Shown here piece after piece: positions 31,806 to 38,380 of a DNA stretch of 53,629 nucleotides. Under the pieces are notes generated by a model that did no database searches, was not told where the DNA came from, and saw nothing but the letters and a program-made list of their open reading frames with translations. The first letter of the stretch is position 1, and every line of letters begins with the position of its first letter. A program made the position numbers and the translations under genes. Source of the stretch: an uncultured Bacilli bacterium (GTDB taxonomy: Bacteria > Bacillota_I > Bacilli_A > RF39 > UBA660); NCBI GenBank assembly GCA_949439935.1, contig CASRZA010000002.1:1-53629 (forward strand), in the 5' to 3' direction.

Positions 31806-31892
31806 TTGTAATCTGTCACAAAATATGTAGCATAAGTGGATAATATACTATTAATTCTTATAAAAGTGTGTATAACTACTAACTTATTCACA

Positions 31893-31908
31893 TGTTTCAC
31901 GTGGAACA
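31893..31908. promoter_or_regulatory. parS site 5
   Basis: TGTTTCACGTGGAACA, the reverse complement of the B. subtilis consensus. Preceded by TTATTCACA (31884-31892). Confidence 0.85.
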
Positions 31909-31926
31909 TTGCAAGATGTCGCAAAA

Positions 31927-31942
31927 TATTTCCCGGGAAATA
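31927..31942. promoter_or_regulatory. NBS 5
   Basis: TATTTCCCGGGAAATA, centre 34 bp from the parS 5 centre. Confidence 0.8.
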
Positions 31943-32079
31943 ATTTTAACGCGATTTACCATCGGTTTATTTCATTATTAAGCCTATAAGATTACAAAAA
32001 ACTTAAAAAAATATTAAACTAAGTTTATATTGCTGTGTTTTTTACATATAGAATGTCCTCAATTTATAACTTACTCATA

Positions 32080-32095
32080 TGTTCCACGTGGAACA
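32080..32095. promoter_or_regulatory. parS site 6
   Basis: TGTTCCACGTGGAACA in otherwise diverged flanks. Confidence 0.85.
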
Positions 32096-32113
32096 TTGTA
32101 TGATGCCATAAAA

Positions 32114-32129
32114 TATTTCCCGGGAAATA
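32114..32129. promoter_or_regulatory. NBS 6
   Basis: TATTTCCCGGGAAATA at the centre of a 30-bp perfect palindrome (32107-32136). Its centre is 34 bp from the parS 6 centre. Confidence 0.8.
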
Positions 32130-32178
32130 TTTTATGCATGGCTTAAATTACTGATTAGCATCTTCTTAACCTTTTTGA

Positions 32179-32194
32179 TGTTCCACGTGGAACA
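32179..32194. promoter_or_regulatory. parS site 7
   Basis: TGTTCCACGTGGAACA; the palindrome extends to 20 bp (32177-32196). It lies about 50 bp upstream of the ffs promoter. Confidence 0.85.
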
Positions 32195-32246
32195 TCAATT
32201 CAAAAAATAAAATTTTGCCAAACGAAAAAACTGTGGAAAACTTTAG

Positions 32247-32275
32247 TTGATTATAAACTCGATCTGTGATATCCT
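32247..32275 (+). promoter_or_regulatory. Promoter of the SRP RNA gene
   Basis: TTGATT (32247-32252), 17-bp spacer ending in TGa, then TATCCT (32270-32275). The predicted start near 32282 coincides with the first base of the SRP RNA closing helix. Confidence 0.45.
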
Positions 32276-32281
32276 TATGAT

Positions 32282-32357
32282 GCACAGCGAACGATTGTCG
32301 AACCTGGTCAGAATTGGAAAATAGCAGCCATAAGACATAGTCCGTGTGTGCTTTTTT
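32282..32357 (+). ncRNA. ffs: Small (4.5S-type) signal recognition particle RNA
   Basis: CCUGGUCAGAAUUGGAAAAUAGCAGCCAUAAG aligns with E. coli 4.5S domain IV, CCAGGUCAGGUCCGGAAGGAAGCAGCCAAGG (GGAA tetraloop, conserved AGCAGCC). 5' GCACA pairs with 3' UGUGC, followed by a U8 run. The locus (ffs-tadA-dnaX) fits Firmicute synteny. Confidence 0.6.
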
Positions 32358-32369
32358 TTGGAGGAAGAA

Positions 32370-32798
32370 ATGGATAAAGAAAAAAAACTGTGGAAAAGAC
32401 TCTTTGAGCTGGCAAACAAGTCCTTAAAGAACGATGAATTTCCTGTAAGTGCTATCATCTATGATGAAGAAGGTATAATTAGTTGTGGATATAATAAAAG
32501 AAATGCTAGCAAAAAAACTACTGATCATGCAGAAATTATTGCAATAGAAAAGGCTAACAAGAAACTGCATAGTTGGAATTTAGCGAACAAATGTATGCTT
32601 GTAACATTAGAACCATGCGAAATGTGTAAGGCAGTAATAAAAGAGGCCAGATTAAAAAATATATACTATTTAATACCTCGCTACGAATACAAAAAAACAT
32701 ACAAATGTACGCTTTTTGAACATCTTGACTTAGAAAGCGAAGAGAAAGAAAAATATCTAAATAACATTCAGACGTTTTTTAAAAATAAAAGAAGATAA
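32370..32798 (+). CDS. tadA: tRNA-specific adenosine deaminase
   Basis: Zinc motifs HAEIIAIE and PCEMCKAVI. ATG at 32370 follows GGAGG; the track start at 32346 lies inside ffs. Confidence 0.85.
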   Translation: MDKEKKLWKRLFELANKSLKNDEFPVSAIIYDEEGIISCGYNKRNASKKTTDHAEIIAIEKANKKLHSWNLANKCMLVTLEPCEMCKAVIKEARLKNIYYLIPRYEYKKTYKCTLFEHLDLESEEKEKYLNNIQTFFKNKRR

Positions 32799-32850
32799 AA
32801 ACTAGATTTAATAAATATGATTTGCTATAATTAAATAGGAGATGGTTTCA

Positions 32851-34410
32851 ATGTCATACAAAGTTCTATATCGTAAATACAGACCTGATTCGTTTAACAA
32901 AATCATAGGACAAACTAGCATTGTAGAAACATTAAAGAATAGTGTGACACAAGGAACTTTTTCACATGCATACATTTTCACAGGCCCACGTGGAACTGGA
33001 AAGACGTCGACAGCAAAAGTGTTGTCCAAATCCATAAATTGCACCAATCTTAAGGATGGTGAAGCTTGCGGTGAATGCGAAAATTGTAAGAATTTTAGTA
33101 CCTCACCCGATATTATAGAGATAGATGCAGCATCAAATAATGGAGTAGATGAAATAAGAGAACTCAAAAATAATATCACGCTTGCTCCTGCCGCGTCGAA
33201 ATACAAAATTTATATCATAGATGAGGTTCACATGCTTTCCCAAGGAGCATTTAATGCTTTACTTAAAACGCTTGAAGAACCACCAAGCCATGCGATATTT
33301 ATCTTAGCAACTACAGAGGTTTACAAAGTTCCAATAACAATTCTATCGAGATGTCAAAGATACGACTTTAAAAAAATAAACAGCAGAGACCTGATTGCCC
33401 ATCTAAGAGCCGTTTGTTCACAAGAAAAAATAGAATTCGAGGAAAATTCCCTAGAAGAAATATATGCCCTAAGTGAGGGGTGTGCTCGCGATGCACTGAG
33501 CATATTAGACCAACTATCAAAAGCACACGCAAAAATAACTCTTGGAAGTGTTTTAGAGACTTACAATATCATATCAAATAGAGACATTGATGATCTTTTA
33601 ACAGCTATACAAGAAAAAAATGTAGAAAAAATTGTCGATTTAATAGATAGATTCGAAGATTCAGGAACCAATGCTCAGAAAATTCTCAAGAAGATGATAA
33701 ATTATTATGAAAAGAGAGCAATATCCCTTAAACTGGGAGAAAAATGTGGCATATCTTTTACAATTATCGATCGTCTAATTAAAAATCTAAATTCCTGTTA
33801 TATCGATGCTAGAATTAACGAAAACGTTTTTACGATGATAAAGATGAGTTTTCTTGAACTTATCGACACGTGTTCGTCGACAATAACAGCAAAAGAGAGT
33901 AATTCAAAAAGCACTCAAAGTCCTATAATGAATGTTACACCGAAAGTTGACGATTCAGCACTTAAAAATAGTTCAGAGGGCATGTCGTTAACGGAGATAA
34001 GGATTAACAACTGCTTTGTCGACGTCAATAAAGATTCACTAAAAGCAGTTTTAGACGCTTGGACAAATCTAGGAGACAAAAAAATAAGCACCATTGATCC
34101 ACAGAACTTCACACCAGTAGCGTCTTCTAATCAATATGCCATTTTCACCACTGAAGAAGACTCGCTTGCGAATCTATTTAATATAAAAGCTCAAGATATC
34201 GAAAAAGCACTTAAGAAAAAAGATTTGGCAGTCAAAGTAGTCGCGATTACAGCTGTGGAATGGAACAAAGAAAAAGAAAAATTTAAAGCAAATAGAATAA
34301 AAAAGATTAAATATCAATTGCTAGAAGAGCCTTTACTAAAAGACGATGGAGCCGAGATAAAAGGTCAACTAGACACATTATTCACCGAAAAAATAATAGA
34401 AATATCTTAG
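32851..34410 (+). CDS. dnaX: DNA polymerase III subunit gamma/tau
   Basis: Walker A GPRGTGKTS, zinc module CGECENC, DEVHML, SRC motif ILSRCQRYDF. ATG at 32851 lies 9 nt after AGGAG. Confidence 0.93.
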   Translation: MSYKVLYRKYRPDSFNKIIGQTSIVETLKNSVTQGTFSHAYIFTGPRGTGKTSTAKVLSKSINCTNLKDGEACGECENCKNFSTSPDIIEIDAASNNGVDEIRELKNNITLAPAASKYKIYIIDEVHMLSQGAFNALLKTLEEPPSHAIFILATTEVYKVPITILSRCQRYDFKKINSRDLIAHLRAVCSQEKIEFEENSLEEIYALSEGCARDALSILDQLSKAHAKITLGSVLETYNIISNRDIDDLLTAIQEKNVEKIVDLIDRFEDSGTNAQKILKKMINYYEKRAISLKLGEKCGISFTIIDRLIKNLNSCYIDARINENVFTMIKMSFLELIDTCSSTITAKESNSKSTQSPIMNVTPKVDDSALKNSSEGMSLTEIRINNCFVDVNKDSLKAVLDAWTNLGDKKISTIDPQNFTPVASSNQYAIFTTEEDSLANLFNIKAQDIEKALKKKDLAVKVVAITAVEWNKEKEKFKANRIKKIKYQLLEEPLLKDDGAEIKGQLDTLFTEKIIEIS

Positions 34411-34426
34411 AAGGAGAGAAAATAAA

Positions 34427-34723
34427 ATGAACATGCAAAACATTATGGCACAAGCCCAAAAAATGCAAAGAGAGATAACAAAAAAACAGGAGGAAATATA
34501 TAAATCTACGTTTACTGGCGAATCAGAGTGGGTAAAAGTTACTATGTCTGGAAAGAAAGAAATAATAAAAATAGATATAACTTACTCAGGAGATTTGAAT
34601 GAAGATAAAGAAATGCTAGCAGACATGATCACTATTGCAAATAATAATGCTATAAAAGCCATCGATAAAGAGATCGAAAACAAGCTAGGGCCTTATAGTA
34701 AACAACTTGGCGGACTACTATAA
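34427..34723 (+). CDS. ebfC: Nucleoid-associated protein YbaB/EbfC
   Basis: 98 aa. N-terminus MNMQNIMAQAQKMQ is typical, and the position between dnaX and recR is conserved. Confidence 0.85.
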   Translation: MNMQNIMAQAQKMQREITKKQEEIYKSTFTGESEWVKVTMSGKKEIIKIDITYSGDLNEDKEMLADMITIANNNAIKAIDKEIENKLGPYSKQLGGLL

Positions 34724-35325
34724 TGAATATCTATCCAGAGTTATTAGAAACTCTCATAGAAAACTTCAAAAAATTTCCTGGCATAGGCGAGAGAACAGCG
34801 GAAAGATATGCTCTAGCACTAATCAAAATGGATTCAGAAGATTTAAAAGATTTTTCTGTAGCAATAGATAAAATCAAAAAAGATCTTAAAACATGCGATA
34901 CGTGTGGACACCTTACAGATCAAAATACTTGTAGCATATGCGCAGATGACAATAGAAACCATAATCTCATCTGTGTCGTCGAAGACTACAAAAACATTTT
35001 TATGTTTGAAAAAACCGGAAAATTCGCTGGAGTATATCATGTGCTAGGAGGTCTTATATCTCCGATCGATGGAATAAATCCAGATGACTTGAACATTCAC
35101 AAGCTCATTTCGAGATGTAAAGAACTAAATGATGCCGAAGTGATCATTGCATTGAGGCCGACGATCGAGGGCGACACGACCACATTATACTTAAAAAAAA
35201 TTCTCGACAGAGAGAATATTAAAATAACGAGACTATCATACGGCATTCCTATGGGAGCAGAGTTAGATTATTTAGATATCTTGACACTCGAAAGAGCTCT
35301 TTATGACAGAAAAGAAGTAGAATAA
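34723..35325 (+). CDS. recR: Recombination protein RecR
   Basis: HhH (FPGIGERTAERYA), C4 zinc finger (CDTCGHLTDQNTCSIC), Toprim (ICVVED). Confidence 0.93.
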   Translation: MNIYPELLETLIENFKKFPGIGERTAERYALALIKMDSEDLKDFSVAIDKIKKDLKTCDTCGHLTDQNTCSICADDNRNHNLICVVEDYKNIFMFEKTGKFAGVYHVLGGLISPIDGINPDDLNIHKLISRCKELNDAEVIIALRPTIEGDTTTLYLKKILDRENIKITRLSYGIPMGAELDYLDILTLERALYDRKEVE

Positions 35326-35351
35326 ATATAGATAAGCTATCATAATGTTAA

Positions 35352-35540
35352 TTGATGAACATGAAAATACTCTATATACTATTTAAAAAAATTATATTTG
35401 CATTTACGATATTATATAGTTTTAACATTATTATGGAAAGCTTAAATCTATTTATTCCTCTAAATATTTACACACTTGGAGCAGTATCGCTATTAGACTT
35501 CCCAGGATTATTTATTCTAGTAGGATTGCTCATGATTTAA
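35352..35540 (+). CDS. bofA: BofA-family pro-sigma-K processing inhibitor (short form)
   Basis: Two-TM 62-aa protein. C-terminal IPLNIYTLGAVSLLDFPGLFILVGL resembles B. subtilis BofA, IPINVFTAAVSGILGVPGIFALL (from memory). The position after recR is conserved. Confidence 0.55.
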   Translation: MMNMKILYILFKKIIFAFTILYSFNIIMESLNLFIPLNIYTLGAVSLLDFPGLFILVGLLMI

Positions 35541-35550
35541 TGAGGTAACT

Positions 35551-36366
35551 ATGGATTCAAAAACACAAATTAGTCTATTAAAAAAAGAGTTTGATGAGAA
35601 TAATAATTCCCATGTTTTTTTAATGGAAACGAATGATCAACAGAAATGCCTATCCGATATCAAAGAATTAATAAAAATGCTGATTTCCAACGATACGATA
35701 ACAGACACTCAAATAGAAGATGAAACGTATTTAGAACTCATAATTTTAAGACCAGATGGTAAAGAAATTAAAAAAGACTCAATATTTGCATTACAAGATC
35801 GCATTAAAACAAAACCTATATTATCAAAATACATATTTTATATAATTACGTATGCAGAAAGAATGAACCAAGTTTCAGCAAACAAACTACTCAAAACTAT
35901 AGAAGAGCCGAACGAAAATGTCATAGGATTTCTCATAACCTCTAACAGAGATTTACTGCTACCAACAATTAAAAGTAGATGCGAAATTCTAACCATCATG
36001 TATGAAGACATCGATAAAATAGAATATGATGAGGAAATTCATAAAAAAGTGATCGATCTGATCAAAGCTATAGAAGGAAAAAATCACATAATATATAGCA
36101 AAATAAAGTCTGATGATAAAGTGATAAAAGACAACTTCAAAATCGTTGAAAATTTATTCAAAAACTATTATAATACAGCGTGTAATTTAACGAAAAGCAA
36201 AGACCTAGATGAAGATCTCCTAAAAATGATAATAAAGGGCAACACTTATTCCGAAATAGTTAAAAAATGCAAATATATAAACAAAATTTTCAATAGACTT
36301 ACAGAGAATATGAATAAAGACCTACTATTAGAAAAGATTTTCATCGAACTAAAGGATGTGAAATAA
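35551..36366 (+). CDS. holB: DNA polymerase III delta-prime subunit
   Basis: KLLKTIEEPNENV and PTIKSRCEIL clamp-loader motifs. The P-loop is degenerate, as is usual for delta-prime. Confidence 0.75.
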   Translation: MDSKTQISLLKKEFDENNNSHVFLMETNDQQKCLSDIKELIKMLISNDTITDTQIEDETYLELIILRPDGKEIKKDSIFALQDRIKTKPILSKYIFYIITYAERMNQVSANKLLKTIEEPNENVIGFLITSNRDLLLPTIKSRCEILTIMYEDIDKIEYDEEIHKKVIDLIKAIEGKNHIIYSKIKSDDKVIKDNFKIVENLFKNYYNTACNLTKSKDLDEDLLKMIIKGNTYSEIVKKCKYINKIFNRLTENMNKDLLLEKIFIELKDVK

Positions 36367-36368
36367 GG

Positions 36369-37133
36369 ATGTATTTAATAGGAGTTAAATTTAAAATCGA
36401 TGGAAAAACATACAATTTTTCGTCAGACAAACTATATAATAAAAATACTAAAGTCATTGTAGAAACTGAAAAAGGGATACAATTAGGAATAGTTGATAAG
36501 ACAGAATGTGACAAAGATTGTAATAATCTGAAGGCAATCGTCAGAGAAGCTTCTCCGGAGGACTATGACAAATATCTTAAAAATATTAAGGACGCAAACA
36601 AAGCGTTAAAAGAAACTAAAGAGTTGATAAAGAAACTTAATTTAAACATGAAATTGATCGATGCAAACTTTTCGCTAGACAAAAAAATGTTACTTTTTAA
36701 TTTCATTTCTGACGAACGCGTCGATTTTAGAGAGTTAGTAAAAGAACTAGCAGCCAAATACCATACCAGAATCGAACTTCATCAAATAGGAGTAAGAGAT
36801 AAAGCCAAAGAAATAGGGGGAATCGGTCTATGCGGTCGTATATTGTGCTGCAACAACTGTTTAAAAACCGTAAATTCAATAAATATAAATATGGTCAAAA
36901 ATCAAAACATATCCCTAAATCCTACAAAAATAAATGGTGCATGCGGTCGCCTATTATGTTGTTTCACCTATGAAAATGAACTTTATGAAGAAAACAGAAA
37001 AGCCCTACCTAAAATTGGAGAGAAAGTGAAATATAAAGGCTCGATAGCTGAAGTAAAAGAAATCGATGTATTAAACAAAAAATACACCGTAAAAACAAGT
37101 GAAAATGCTTTTGAAGAGGTATCGTTAGATTGA
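36369..37133 (+). CDS. ricT: PSP1-domain protein RicT/YaaT
   Basis: PSP1 C-terminal domain (TRIELHQIGVRDKAKEIGGIGLCGRILCC, ACGRLLCC). Follows holB. Confidence 0.8.
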   Translation: MYLIGVKFKIDGKTYNFSSDKLYNKNTKVIVETEKGIQLGIVDKTECDKDCNNLKAIVREASPEDYDKYLKNIKDANKALKETKELIKKLNLNMKLIDANFSLDKKMLLFNFISDERVDFRELVKELAAKYHTRIELHQIGVRDKAKEIGGIGLCGRILCCNNCLKTVNSININMVKNQNISLNPTKINGACGRLLCCFTYENELYEENRKALPKIGEKVKYKGSIAEVKEIDVLNKKYTVKTSENAFEEVSLD

Positions 37134-37828
37134 TGGAATTGAACGACTTATATGATTATGGTCTCAAAATATACCAAAATGCCGACTATTTTAAATTTAG
37201 TTTAGATTCCATATTGTTAGGAGAATTCGTAGAACTTAAAGCTAATCAAAAAATTTTAGATTTGTGTACTGGAAATGCTCCTATACCATTGATTCTCTCC
37301 ACAAAAAGAGAGGATATCCAAATAGACGGATTAGAAATTCAAAAAGAGATTTTTACTCTAGCACAAGAGAGCATTAAAATAAACAACTTAGATTCTAGAA
37401 TAAGGCTTCATAACGTAGATGCAAAAACTTTTTCTGCAAGATGGAAATATGATATTGTATTAGCAAATCCACCATATTTCAAAGTCTCTTCATCGTCGCA
37501 AAAGAACGAAAATCTAGTTAAACAGATCGCCAGACATGAAGTAACTTTAAATTTAGCGGATGTCATAATGGCAGCCAAGCGAAATCTCAAAGAAAACGGA
37601 ACCTTCTATATGGTACACCGTGTAGATCGACTATTAGATTCGATCCATGAACTAGAAAAAGCCAAATTTGGTTTAAGAAAAATAGTATTTATACATACTA
37701 AAAATGATGAAGCAGAAATTTTTCTAATCCAAGCATCGAAATACAAAAAAAGTGACATGAAAGTTAGATCGATATTTACTAAAGACAGGCTGACTTATAA
37801 GAATATTTTTAAGGAGGAGTTGAAATGA
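37130..37828 (+). CDS. SAM-dependent methyltransferase, YabB/TrmN6-like tRNA (adenine-N6) type
   Basis: LDLCTGNAPIP SAM loop and NPPYF catalytic motif. Confidence 0.65.
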   Translation: MMELNDLYDYGLKIYQNADYFKFSLDSILLGEFVELKANQKILDLCTGNAPIPLILSTKREDIQIDGLEIQKEIFTLAQESIKINNLDSRIRLHNVDAKTFSARWKYDIVLANPPYFKVSSSSQKNENLVKQIARHEVTLNLADVIMAAKRNLKENGTFYMVHRVDRLLDSIHELEKAKFGLRKIVFIHTKNDEAEIFLIQASKYKKSDMKVRSIFTKDRLTYKNIFKEELK

Positions 37829-38376
37829 AAATAATATGTGGTTTAGGAAATCCAGGTAAAGAATATGAAAAGACTAGACATAATGTCGGGTTTATGGTGA
37901 TAGATAATTATTGTAAAGGTGAAAATTTTAGTAAAAAGTTCAACGGTTTATACGCAGAAAAAGTTATATTTGGCGAAAAGATAATATTTTTAAAGCCTCA
38001 GAGCTATATGAATTTATCTGGAACTGTCGTAAAACCTTTCTGCGATTATTTTAAAATTGATTTAAAAGACCTATTAGTAATAAGAGACGATTTAGACCTA
38101 AAATTAGGTCATACGAGAATTAAATTCGATAGTAGTTCTGGTGGAGATAATGGAATAAAATCTATCATCTCTTCACTAGGAACGCAGAAGTTTTATCAAT
38201 ATAAAATAGGAATATCTAACGACAAAACCTTTGAGACTAAAGATTATGTATTAGGGAACTTTTCCAAAAAGGAATTAGAAATACTAAATAAAATGATAAC
38301 TCAATCAGAAGAGACTATAGATCGATTTATAAGAGGGGAAATTTTGGGAACACAAGATTACAAATACGGAGAATAA
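37825..38376 (+). CDS. pth: Peptidyl-tRNA hydrolase
   Basis: GLGNPGKEYEKTRHNVGF N-terminal signature. Confidence 0.93.
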   Translation: MKIICGLGNPGKEYEKTRHNVGFMVIDNYCKGENFSKKFNGLYAEKVIFGEKIIFLKPQSYMNLSGTVVKPFCDYFKIDLKDLLVIRDDLDLKLGHTRIKFDSSSGGDNGIKSIISSLGTQKFYQYKIGISNDKTFETKDYVLGNFSKKELEILNKMITQSEETIDRFIRGEILGTQDYKYGE

Positions 38377-38380
38377 TAGT

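Larger units (their letters stand above)
31056..32196. repeat. Tandem approximately 186-bp cassette array carrying parS, NBS, DnaA boxes and promoter-like elements
   Basis: Head-to-tail units start at 31057, 31231, 31418, 31604, 31790 (truncated, 103 bp) and 31893, with partial units at 32080 and 32179. Units at 31418 and 31604 look nearly identical by eye. Single-base indels between units argue against coding. Confidence 0.95.

Noticed and set aside
31056-32196. CRISPR array hypothesis for the regularly spaced palindromes
   Set aside because: The approximately 150-bp segments between palindromes are themselves conserved copies of one another rather than unique spacers. The palindromes match known protein-binding sites (parS, NBS), and there are no cas genes in the window.
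31056-32196. MITE, IS or other mobile-element origin of the cassettes (inverted TTATCCAC...GTGGATAA ends)
   Set aside because: The units are strictly tandem with no target-site duplications and no transposase, and the inverted ends are DnaA-box consensus sequences. The only other copy of any sub-element in the window is the lone NBS in mfd.
30992-32281. Expectation of an rRNA operon or tRNA genes after gyrA, as in B. subtilis rrnO
   Set aside because: No 16S, 23S or 5S-like sequence and no tRNA cloverleaf could be recognised. The region is fully accounted for by the cassette array and the ffs promoter.
32982-32997. parS-like sequence AGGCCCACGTGGAACT inside dnaX
   Set aside because: Only the right half-site is good (7 of 8); the left half matches 5 of 8. 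The sequence is explained by the Walker A codons (GPRGTGKT).
34216-34222. AAAAAAG heptamer in dnaX as a programmed -1 frameshift site (as in E. coli gamma/tau)
   Set aside because: The zero frame reads AAG AAA AAA GAT, so the heptamer is not aligned as X XXY YYZ. It lies near the C-terminus, and no downstream stem-loop was seen.
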